Below are positions 49,742-58,105 of a DNA stretch of 64,000 nt, piece by piece (within the stretch, counting starts at the first letter, position 1; the number at the start of each line of letters is the position of its first letter). Source of the stretch: a virus. Location of the stretch: positions 1 through 64,000 of the IMG/VR virus record IMGVR_UViG_3300035698_012122, one strand, 5' to 3'. The notes beneath the pieces are model-generated. The model worked only from the letters and a program-made list of their open reading frames with translations, was not told where the DNA came from and searched no databases. The position numbers were made by a program, and so were the translations under genes.

Positions 49742-51934
49742 ATGTCAAAAATAAAAACAAAGTTCATAGAGAATTTCAAACTAGCTTCATTAATTGACGT
49801 TGATGAAGCTAGTATTGCCACTGCTTTAAATAATTACGCATTACTTTTCAATTCATCAAATTCATTATGGGAAGCAAAAAACCTTCCCATTCTTTATTCC
49901 CATCCTAATCATACAGGTGAAATAACTAGTGTTGGTGATGGTGCACAAGTATTAGATAAGTCTGCAATCGAAAACAAACCAACAACTGAAATAGATGATG
50001 GTGATTTCATATTGTTTTCTGATACCAGTGATGCTGGTAATTTAAAGAAATTTAATTTCACATTTTTAGCTACAGAAGTTTATGAAACAATATGGGCCGA
50101 AGAAAGTGGTGGTCTAGGAAACGGTCAACGTGAATGGTCTTTTGGTAACGGTGCAACTGGTAATATAAATATTCCAATATTCTACGATTGTAAGATTAGG
50201 GAAATTGGAATAGATGCTGAAGTAGTTGGTACAAGTATAATTCTACAGGTAATGGTAAACAATGTAGCAGTTGCACAAGGTTCAATTATTGGTGAAGGAA
50301 TTGCTGTATTAGATGTTGAAGTAACAGTTAATAAAGGTGATTTTCTAGGATTTAGAACTTTATCAAGGGTTGGAACATATACTGATGCCAGAGTAGCAGT
50401 TGCACTAATTCAAGAAATAAAAGCTATTAGAGGTGCTAAAGGTGAAACTGGTGCTGGTTCAAATATACTTGTTAGACAAGATAATATTTTAATTGGTGTT
50501 GTAACAGATGCTTTAAATTTTGAAGGTAACATTGTAAATGTTTCTGATGAAGGTGCTAGTCAAACAAAAGTAGAAATAAACGAAACGATAACAACTTTAA
50601 CTGAAACTTCTTCAGGTGTTTTTGAATATGTGAGTGAAGACGGTACAGCAGAAATAATTGATATATCTGATTTTGAAACATCTTCAGAATTAAATGCTAG
50701 AGACACTGCTAATAGATCAAGGGCCAATCATACAGGTACACAATTAGCTTCCACCATTTCTGATTTTGAAACAGCTCATGATAGTTTACCAAGTGATAAT
50801 CCACATTCAGTTACTAAAGCACAAGTTGGACTTGGAAATGCAGATAATGTTTCAGATGCTAATAAACCAGTTAGTATTGCAACAGCACAAGCAATTTCAG
50901 ACGCTATAAGTAATTTGATTGATGGTGCACCAGTAACTTTAGATACTTTAAATGAATTAGCACAGGCAATTAATGATGATGAAAATTTTGCTACTACGAT
51001 TACAACACAATTATCAAACCATGTAGGTGATTTTTTTAATCCACATCAGGTAACTAAAGCACAGGTTGGATTAGGTAATGCAGATAACGTAGCAGACATT
51101 GATAAAATAATTTCAACTTTAACTCAAAATGCTTTAGACGGTAAACAAAATATAAACACACTTTTAACTGCTATTTCTGCTTTAGCATCCAATGGGATAA
51201 TAGTTAGAACTGGTGCTGGTGCTTCAGTTGTTAGAACAATAACTGGAACTGCTGGAAATATTGATGTAGTAAATGGTGATGGTGTATCAGGTAATCCAAC
51301 TTTAAACCTTCCTAATGTTAATACTGCTGGAAGTGTCGGTTCTGCTTCTCAAAGCCTTTCTATAACAACTGATACCAAAGGTAGAGTTACCAGTAGAACA
51401 GCTCAAGCAATCAGTATAGTGTCTTCTCAGGTAACTAATTTTGCATCTACTGTTAGAGCAACTGTTTTAACTGGAATATCTTTTGTATCTGGTGCAACGG
51501 TTTTAGCAACTGATACAATTTTGGTAGCAATTGGAAAATTACAGCAACAGATAACGCTTTTAGTTTTTGGTGATGAATTTCAATTTGCTGAAGAACTAAC
51601 TACAACCACAACTACTAGTGGTAGCTACATACAAAAAATGAGACTTACAACTACGAATTTACCAACTGGACAATATGTAATTATGTGGAGTGCTGATGGT
51701 GGAGCAACTGATAAGGATTCTGGTATCTACCAACTAGAAGAAAACGATACAACAGTTATAACTGAAAACGAAGCAAGAATGAATATGCCTTCAGGTGTTG
51801 TTTGGTACAATTCTTTTTCAGGCCATGCAATTAGAAATTTAAGTGGTGTTAACACTTATGATATTGATTATAAAGAAACAGGTGGAACAGCATCAATTAG
51901 AAATGCAAGATTAACTTTATGGCGAGTTTCTTAA
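49742..51934 (+). CDS. Tail fibre protein
   Basis: NPH.VTKAQVGLGNADNV twice, GAPVTLDTLNELA, NHTGTQ, short collagen-like GAKGETG. Confidence 0.85.
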   Translation: MSKIKTKFIENFKLASLIDVDEASIATALNNYALLFNSSNSLWEAKNLPILYSHPNHTGEITSVGDGAQVLDKSAIENKPTTEIDDGDFILFSDTSDAGNLKKFNFTFLATEVYETIWAEESGGLGNGQREWSFGNGATGNINIPIFYDCKIREIGIDAEVVGTSIILQVMVNNVAVAQGSIIGEGIAVLDVEVTVNKGDFLGFRTLSRVGTYTDARVAVALIQEIKAIRGAKGETGAGSNILVRQDNILIGVVTDALNFEGNIVNVSDEGASQTKVEINETITTLTETSSGVFEYVSEDGTAEIIDISDFETSSELNARDTANRSRANHTGTQLASTISDFETAHDSLPSDNPHSVTKAQVGLGNADNVSDANKPVSIATAQAISDAISNLIDGAPVTLDTLNELAQAINDDENFATTITTQLSNHVGDFFNPHQVTKAQVGLGNADNVADIDKIISTLTQNALDGKQNINTLLTAISALASNGIIVRTGAGASVVRTITGTAGNIDVVNGDGVSGNPTLNLPNVNTAGSVGSASQSLSITTDTKGRVTSRTAQAISIVSSQVTNFASTVRATVLTGISFVSGATVLATDTILVAIGKLQQQITLLVFGDEFQFAEELTTTTTTSGSYIQKMRLTTTNLPTGQYVIMWSADGGATDKDSGIYQLEENDTTVITENEARMNMPSGVVWYNSFSGHAIRNLSGVNTYDIDYKETGGTASIRNARLTLWRVS

Positions 51935-51943
51935 GGATAAAAT

Positions 51944-52774
51944 ATGAAATTAAAAGCTTATGAAATTTTATTAGAACTATCAAACGGCTATTCAGATGCC
52001 ACACTTCATAAAGAAATTGAAGCATCAAATACCGTATCTGGTTTTGAATACCTTTTATCAAAGGGTGGTTTTTTAGAAGTACATGGAACAGAAATAGTTG
52101 ACGCTCTAGGATTAAACGCACTGGTAGAAGCACATAGACCAGATAGTTTTAATAACTATAAAATTTATTCTATAGTTGATGAAGCGTTTGGTTCTTTACC
52201 AATTGATAAAATAGATTTCACAATGCACTTAAAAAAAGGTGCATTACTTAAAAAGAGCGTTACAAAAACTCCAAATGGTAGACCAGAAAAAGCAACTTAC
52301 CGTTATGAAGAAGTACCATTTGCAGAAATAGATTGGGTATTTTCAGATACTTCAGGTGGATTATTCTACAAAAAAGAAATTTTCCTATGTTACTTTAGAG
52401 CTGATGGAACTAAAGGTGAAAGATTTATAATTAAAAGAAAAGAAATTGATTTTACAATTCCAAATGAACTGGAAGAAACAATTCAGGAAAGAATAGATGC
52501 TAGATTGTCAATCGTAGGTGAAATTAAAGCAGTTTGTTCTGGTGCTTTAACAGTTGGACTAGACCAAACACTAGCTGAAGTAGTTGCTACAATTAGTCCG
52601 TTTTGGTCTGCATACAAGGCCAGTAGAGAAGCTTTTACAGAATTAGGTACAAAGACTTGGCGTGATGAAATAACGGCCTTAGATACTGCTATAGACTACG
52701 CATGGTTGGATGTACCAATTGATGCTAATGGAACAACTTGTAAACAGTATATGATTTTTAGAATGAGCTATTAA
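51944..52774 (+). CDS. Hypothetical protein (fibre-associated)
   Basis: 276-aa ORF, AAGGA RBS. Confidence 0.55.
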   Translation: MKLKAYEILLELSNGYSDATLHKEIEASNTVSGFEYLLSKGGFLEVHGTEIVDALGLNALVEAHRPDSFNNYKIYSIVDEAFGSLPIDKIDFTMHLKKGALLKKSVTKTPNGRPEKATYRYEEVPFAEIDWVFSDTSGGLFYKKEIFLCYFRADGTKGERFIIKRKEIDFTIPNELEETIQERIDARLSIVGEIKAVCSGALTVGLDQTLAEVVATISPFWSAYKASREAFTELGTKTWRDEITALDTAIDYAWLDVPIDANGTTCKQYMIFRMSY

Positions 52775-52784
52775 GGGATAAAAT

Positions 52785-53324
52785 ATGAGCAGTGCAATTG
52801 GAGTTGGAAATTCAGTACCATTAGTTTTAGACGTAGGTGATTTTAATGACACACTATATGTTCAAGCAATGGTATTCCAACCTAATCAATCGGTTATTTC
52901 AACATTCAATCTACTTCCAAAAGGTGATGGTAGATATGCCCATGTAGGTTATCTAATGCCAGATTTTGATTATATAATGGTGAAGTTTATAACCTATGAA
53001 GATAGCGGTTATTCTATTAGAGCTGGTTATCATGATGTAACAGAGTCATTTACTAAAAACGATGGAAGCAGTAGTGGCGGTGGAGATAATTCAGAACTTA
53101 TAGCTACCATTAACAAAGCAATGAATGAGCTTAGAACCGTGGATATAACCGTGGATGTGATAGAAGAAGAGAGTATTCAAGCGGTGTTTGATTATAGAGA
53201 CACACCTGATACAATTGAGATACTGGTAGAAGAAGAAACAGAAATAGTTATTTCAGTTGAACAAGAAAATGAAGTGTCTGGAACAATAGTAGAAAACGAA
53301 ATAATAGAAAATATAGGGGAATAA
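52785..53324 (+). CDS. Hypothetical structural protein
   Basis: Beta-rich N-terminus, Gly/Ser linker, acidic V/I/E-rich tail. Confidence 0.5.
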   Translation: MSSAIGVGNSVPLVLDVGDFNDTLYVQAMVFQPNQSVISTFNLLPKGDGRYAHVGYLMPDFDYIMVKFITYEDSGYSIRAGYHDVTESFTKNDGSSSGGGDNSELIATINKAMNELRTVDITVDVIEEESIQAVFDYRDTPDTIEILVEEETEIVISVEQENEVSGTIVENEIIENIGE

Positions 53325-53326
53325 AT

Positions 53327-53920
53327 ATGACTACATTAGATGCGAGAATTTTAATTATAAGTGGTGCAGATGCATCAGTACTTGTTCGGTTACGAAATCC
53401 TAAAACAGGCGATCCAATTGATCTAACAGATTTTACTAAAATAGAATTTAGATTTAAAAATAGTGATAGAACGGATTTATTTTTAGACAATACGGAAATT
53501 CCAGCTATCAAAGCACAGATAACTTATACTGAAGTAATATTTTTAGCTGATGTTGCTGGTGCAAACGGTAACGATATTTTTCTTCAATTCGATGGAATTT
53601 CAGATATTGACACAATAGTTAGTGCATGGAATGTTGCGAATGTTGGAAATGAAGTATCGCATAACGGAACTGGAACTGATGTACTATTAGCGTCAACTGT
53701 TCGATTAACTGCTGGTTATGATGCCTATAGCCCGATTGAAGTAGTTGGTTTACCTAATCTAGGTAAGGTTAGAATATCTATTTTAGAGAAGGAAACAGCA
53801 GAATTAAGAAGGGGTACTAACCAATCTTTCAGTATGTTAGTAGATTATGGAACATGGCCCGGTGGTACTAGAATTAAAGGGATATTTGATAATTTGAATG
53901 TTGTAGATTCTGATTTGTAA
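53327..53920 (+). CDS. Structural protein carrying the insertion domain shared with the sheath
   Basis: PIDLT (BppU-like) start; ADVAG..GN..WNVANVGNEV also present in the sheath. Confidence 0.6.
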   Translation: MTTLDARILIISGADASVLVRLRNPKTGDPIDLTDFTKIEFRFKNSDRTDLFLDNTEIPAIKAQITYTEVIFLADVAGANGNDIFLQFDGISDIDTIVSAWNVANVGNEVSHNGTGTDVLLASTVRLTAGYDAYSPIEVVGLPNLGKVRISILEKETAELRRGTNQSFSMLVDYGTWPGGTRIKGIFDNLNVVDSDL

Positions 53921-53994
53921 AATAAAACTTTTCCTGATAACATTTAGTAGTAAAAACTTTTAATCAGCTAATTAGATAAACTTATAACTTATCC

Positions 53995-54086
53995 AATCCA
54001 CGGATGGAGAAGGTAAAATCTTAAAAGGCCTAGATTAAATGGGTATGACAAGGACGTTTAATTCAATTAATTAATAGGCCTTTTTC
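53995..54086 (+). ncRNA. Candidate CsrA/RsmA-binding small RNA or structured 3' element
   Basis: TCCA-CGGA-TGGA hairpin; ACAAGGACGT in the loop of a long hairpin; TATAAC just upstream; T run downstream. Confidence 0.35.
54023..54086. terminator. Long hairpin between convergent gene blocks (bidirectional terminator)
   Basis: AAAAGGCCTA..TAGGCCTTTT inverted repeat. Confidence 0.65.
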
Positions 54087-54100
54087 TTAACCCATAAACT

Positions 54101-54463
54101 CTACTTACCCATTTTCTCTAGTGCTTCTTCCAATTCATTTTCAAATGCAATTGAAATTTCACAGTTCTTATCAACATTAAAATTTACTTTTGGCCTACTA
54201 TCATTTTTACAGAACTTTGAAGCAACTAATCTTCCAGATGCACTATCCCACGGAAACCCAACATTGTTTGAAGCAGTTGGTTCTAATCCTAAATCTTCAC
54301 AACATTCATTATAGAGAATTTCTTTTTTATCGTATTCATCATCATGAACACATTTACCAAATTGTGGATTGTAGTAAAAAAGCTTCTGTTCTAAAATCCA
54401 CCAGCTTAGTTTAACTACTAATTTTTTCTTTTTATCATTGGATAGTTTTGGTTGTTTCATCAA
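54101..54463 (-). CDS. Stand-alone NAD-ligase domain Ia-like protein
   Basis: FYYNP..VHDDEYD matches LigA domain Ia YY..D.EYD. Confidence 0.65.
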   Translation of the reverse strand: MMKQPKLSNDKKKKLVVKLSWWILEQKLFYYNPQFGKCVHDDEYDKKEILYNECCEDLGLEPTASNNVGFPWDSASGRLVASKFCKNDSRPKVNFNVDKNCEISIAFENELEEALEKMGK

Positions 54464-54872
54464 CGGCCTGTAAATTGTTTTGCTCTAATAAACTAATTGA
54501 CCAAAACTTTTTCTTTTCTTTCAATGCCCATATAGAAGTATCAACATTCAATCTATATTTTTTATTTGCGTAGTCTTCTAGTTCTTTGAACATTATTTCT
54601 AATTCACCTTCTAACAATTCATATTTTTCTTCCCATGAATACTGTTCTTCTTTTTTAATTTCTTGGTGAACTGTTAGAATCTTTTTTGTTAGTTGGTATT
54701 GAGAGTTCCAAATATTGTGAGTTAGATGGTTAATCATTCCAATTAGTGTTTCACTCTTCTTCATTTTTTTAGCTTTGGAGTTGTGCATTTGTGGAACTGT
54801 AATGCTAAAAATATCAGCTACACTAGAACGTGCAGAATCAGCAATGTTACGGCCTAAATCATATACAATCAT
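54435..54872 (-). CDS. Hypothetical protein
   Basis: 145-aa ORF, AAGGA RBS. Confidence 0.55.
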   Translation of the reverse strand: MIVYDLGRNIADSARSSVADIFSITVPQMHNSKAKKMKKSETLIGMINHLTHNIWNSQYQLTKKILTVHQEIKKEEQYSWEEKYELLEGELEIMFKELEDYANKKYRLNVDTSIWALKEKKKFWSISLLEQNNLQAVDETTKTIQ

Positions 54873-54991
54873 AAATTTCCTTATACCTAATACCTAATAT
54901 GTAAAATCTTTGTACCTTCTGGTGTCTGAATTGTCTAATTTATAGTCACTTTTACATAGTTTTACATTAGTATGCTTTATTTGTAAAAGTA

Positions 54992-55000
54992 TGCTATAAT
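54992..55000 (+). promoter_or_regulatory. Extended -10 promoter
   Basis: TGCTATAAT 21 nt upstream of ATG 55022; AAGGGA RBS follows. Confidence 0.6.
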
Positions 55001-55021
55001 CTAATTAACCAAAGGGAATAC

Positions 55022-55351
55022 ATGAAAAACACACCAGAATTTGCATCAGTATCAGAACTAGAAAACATCAATGTAATTAAGATTGGTGATACAGTTAGAA
55101 GCTTTGATATGGAGTTTAAGCCTTTTTCATGGATTATTGGAAAGGTAGTTAGAACAGAGGTAATTGAAGGTTGTGAAAGATATGTTATTGAAGTTCAAAA
55201 GTACGAAACTTGTAGAGATGAAAATGGTTTTCATGACCATGTAGTAGAATCTGAAGAAGTAAGTGATGGTAGAAAATTATATCCACCAGTTAATGGAAGT
55301 AATTTGATGTTTGGTGAAAACAGTTATACTAACTTTGTAGAAGTAGCATAA
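55022..55351 (+). CDS. Hypothetical protein (SH3-like, probably early)
   Basis: IKIGDTVRSFD..GKVV; own promoter and RBS. Confidence 0.6.
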   Translation: MKNTPEFASVSELENINVIKIGDTVRSFDMEFKPFSWIIGKVVRTEVIEGCERYVIEVQKYETCRDENGFHDHVVESEEVSDGRKLYPPVNGSNLMFGENSYTNFVEVA

Positions 55352-55360
55352 GGAATTATT

Positions 55361-56035
55361 ATGTTGAAAATTGGAAAAGTTTATCAATACGACAATAAAT
55401 ATTGGTACGTTGAATCTAAACGTAAATATCGTAGAGTTTTATATAGACTTAGAAGGGTTTTAGGTGATGGTTCACTAGCTGAAATATTTGAAACACATTT
55501 TACTAGAGGTGAATTTTTCGTAGTTCCTGAAGCTAGAGCATATGTAAAAATAGATATTCCTAAATCAATTAAAGCACAGATGAGATATAATAATCTAGTT
55601 AGAGAGACTAGAAAAATTCTAATAGAAATGGTTACACCAGAAAAAAGACAAGAACATAAAAACTATCCAAGGCAACTAGCTACCCATGCAATCTATTCTT
55701 TAGGTCATTATGATGTAAAAAGAAAAGTAGTAATTGATCTTAGAATTTTTGCTAAAGATATTGGTTTAAAATCAGGTGTTAAATTATATAATGCTATTGC
55801 AGAATACTATAAAGAAACTAGACCAGATTCTAAATATACTTCAGAGACTACAGGTATTCCAAGCCTAACAGATGCTTATTTAATTAGTTCATACCAACAG
55901 GTAAACAATACTTGGAAGTACATCTATGGGTATTCTAAGAAGCTTGACGGTTATTTAGAACGTGACTTAAAAGGATATATTAAGGAACTTAAAAGAAGAG
56001 ATATTAACCTAGCTTTATCGGAAGGTAAGTATTAA
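55361..56035 (+). CDS. Hypothetical basic protein
   Basis: 224-aa ORF, AAGGA RBS. Confidence 0.6.
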   Translation: MLKIGKVYQYDNKYWYVESKRKYRRVLYRLRRVLGDGSLAEIFETHFTRGEFFVVPEARAYVKIDIPKSIKAQMRYNNLVRETRKILIEMVTPEKRQEHKNYPRQLATHAIYSLGHYDVKRKVVIDLRIFAKDIGLKSGVKLYNAIAEYYKETRPDSKYTSETTGIPSLTDAYLISSYQQVNNTWKYIYGYSKKLDGYLERDLKGYIKELKRRDINLALSEGKY

Positions 56036-56318
56036 TAACTGAATTATTGAAGTGTTCATATATCCAGATGTTAACATTATATTCGGGTATTTCTACAGAT
56101 AGAACTTTATCTTCAGATTTTAGAAAATGTTTTAAATTATCCATTAATTCTTCTGAAGTAACTATCATATTTGTTTTAGTGTAGTATATTTTTGATTTAG
56201 CAGTTACTTGGAACAATTCTCTAAACTTAGTATCATGTTCACCAGTTAAAGCTTTAACACCATGTAATTGAGTTTGCATAGCATCTGATAAGTGGGCTAG
56301 AGCTTCTTTTATATCCAT
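56004..56318 (-). CDS. Hypothetical protein
   Basis: 104-aa ORF overlapping the upstream stop. Confidence 0.55.
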   Translation of the reverse strand: MDIKEALAHLSDAMQTQLHGVKALTGEHDTKFRELFQVTAKSKIYYTKTNMIVTSEELMDNLKHFLKSEDKVLSVEIPEYNVNIWIYEHFNNSVINTYLPIKLG

Positions 56319-57154
56319 TCTTTTTCACCATAATGCTTAAAGATATTTAGAAGTTTTAGAATGAAATCCATATTATCCATTAGATAATTTTGTTGCTTGT
56401 GAGTTAGAGTTTTAAATACTTCATCCCTACCAGCTAGATACATTCTAGGGTCAATCTTTTCGAGTATTCTACTGGTTTCTATATTAACTGGAAGATTAGC
56501 AACTAACCAAAATAATTTCTTAGGTAACTTTGGTTCTGATAGCTTATTTTCAATTGCTACATCAATTTCAAATAACGCTTCACCTAAATGATTACCATGT
56601 GCTTTGATCCAGTGGTTTAATCTGGTTCTAGTATTCCTACCTTTGATGGGTAGGTATATTTTATCGAAGTCAGTTATGTTTCTCATATCAGTTGTTGAAT
56701 CACCAACTGTTACATATTCATCCAAAAATAATCTTAGAATATGTAGGTCTGTACCAGTGAACATAAAAGCTAATAATCTAAATAGATGACTTTGGGATTG
56801 ACCAAAACAAAAGATGTTAGTGCACTCAATGTAAGACACCACATCTTCTATCTTATGGTTTGATAGCTTCTCACTACAGCTAGGACATTTGTTTGGTAAC
56901 TGTTTAGCTTGTGAGCTGTTCAAAACCTTATGTATTGGTTTCCCAACATCTTCAACATTGATTTCTAATTTAGAACCAACATGAAGACCTTCTTTTTCTA
57001 TTGTAAGTGCATTGTCTAAAAGTATAGCGTGTTTCAGAATATTTTCTTCATCAACTAATTCATCTTTTTTCTGCAAAACTAATATAGCTACTAATTTACC
57101 AGATGGTGCAACTTTATATATAATGTCTTTAATTTTTGATGTTACTAATTCCAT
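56309..57154 (-). CDS. Degenerate NAD-ligase OB-fold plus C4 zinc-finger protein, no adenylation domain
   Basis: IYKVAPSGKL..GLHVGS resembles the LigA OB fold; PNKCPSC..CTNIFCFGQ; AAGGA before ATG 57154. Confidence 0.65.
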   Translation of the reverse strand: MELVTSKIKDIIYKVAPSGKLVAILVLQKKDELVDEENILKHAILLDNALTIEKEGLHVGSKLEINVEDVGKPIHKVLNSSQAKQLPNKCPSCSEKLSNHKIEDVVSYIECTNIFCFGQSQSHLFRLLAFMFTGTDLHILRLFLDEYVTVGDSTTDMRNITDFDKIYLPIKGRNTRTRLNHWIKAHGNHLGEALFEIDVAIENKLSEPKLPKKLFWLVANLPVNIETSRILEKIDPRMYLAGRDEVFKTLTHKQQNYLMDNMDFILKLLNIFKHYGEKEWI

Positions 57155-57503
57155 ATTTAGATAAATCCTTAATGTAGCCGTTTTCATCAAACATTGAATC
57201 GACTTTTTTAATTTCTGTAGCGTACAAGCCTTTACTTCCATTGAAAAGTTTAAATGTAACTACGTCTTCAGCATACAGTTTTTTGTACTGTTCATCAGAA
57301 ACTATATTTTTATGATGTGCAAAGGCCTCTTTAGATTTTAAATACAATTTATCATTGTGGTCAAATTCTACATAAGTAAAACCATTGCCATGCTCTATAA
57401 TTTTCATCTTAGGTTCTACAAACCCAAAACCACGCTTATCAGAAGGTTCTGCTACTAAACCAACAGCGTCACATATATAATTATCATTTCCAGTGTCGTG
57501 CAT
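57129..57503 (-). CDS. Divergent cold-shock-domain protein
   Basis: RGFGFVEP (RNP1), AFAHH (RNP2), YKKL..VTF..GSKGLYATEI; insertion between the RNP motifs. Confidence 0.75.
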   Translation of the reverse strand: MHDTGNDNYICDAVGLVAEPSDKRGFGFVEPKMKIIEHGNGFTYVEFDHNDKLYLKSKEAFAHHKNIVSDEQYKKLYAEDVVTFKLFNGSKGLYATEIKKVDSMFDENGYIKDLSKYGISNIKN

Positions 57504-58084
57504 TATAAACCTTTCCTAATACCATATAAAGCAAGTAAACAACCGTCAATCATTCCATCATGTGGTGTTCTACATTTAGAATTTTTTAACCATTTTTCTT
57601 TTGGAAACAATCTATTTACTGTTACCAAGGCTATTCGCTTAGTATCTTTTTTAATTACTTTTTTCTTAATCCATTTACCATCATCGTCTTTTCTATCTGT
57701 TCTAACGTGGGTAACTTTATCATATTGTTTTGTATCACCACAAATTACTTTTTGCCAATTTTTAGGAAGTGAAGCAGTATATGGGAAACCCATTAGTTCC
57801 ACCATTCCATAGATTTTTCCACCTTGACGTTCTAATGATGCAACACCTTTTTTAGATATGCCATGAAAACCAGCAAACCTTTCAAGTATAATATGCACAT
57901 CACCTAACTGTTGAAAGTGCCTAATAATAGAATAAATCTTTTTAACGTCTGGTGTATCATCAGCAGTTATTAAACCTTCATCCATTGCAATTCGGTAACA
58001 TATTTTGGAATTGCTATCTAGTACAACAATCCCACCAGTTAAACCAATATCAATACCGATATAGAATTTTATTTGTTTACTCAT
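57503..58084 (-). CDS. ruvC: RuvC-like Holliday junction resolvase
   Basis: IGIDIG, ILE, PKNWQK, HDGMIDGCLLA. Confidence 0.85.
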   Translation of the reverse strand: MSKQIKFYIGIDIGLTGGIVVLDSNSKICYRIAMDEGLITADDTPDVKKIYSIIRHFQQLGDVHIILERFAGFHGISKKGVASLERQGGKIYGMVELMGFPYTASLPKNWQKVICGDTKQYDKVTHVRTDRKDDDGKWIKKKVIKKDTKRIALVTVNRLFPKEKWLKNSKCRTPHDGMIDGCLLALYGIRKGL

Positions 58085-58105
58085 TATATTCCTAAAACCA
58101 AAGCC

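Noticed and set aside
40302-51934. Diversity-generating retroelement or invertible shufflon acting on fibres
   Set aside because: No reverse transcriptase, invertase, adenine-specific template/variable repeat pair or inverted cassettes seen; paralogs are too diverged
3903-53511. Many minus-strand ORFs inside the + strand module (e.g. 10851..11516, 13311..13847, 19885..20463, 33620..34147)
   Set aside because: They are antisense shadows of well-supported genes, S/F/L-rich, with no recognisable motifs
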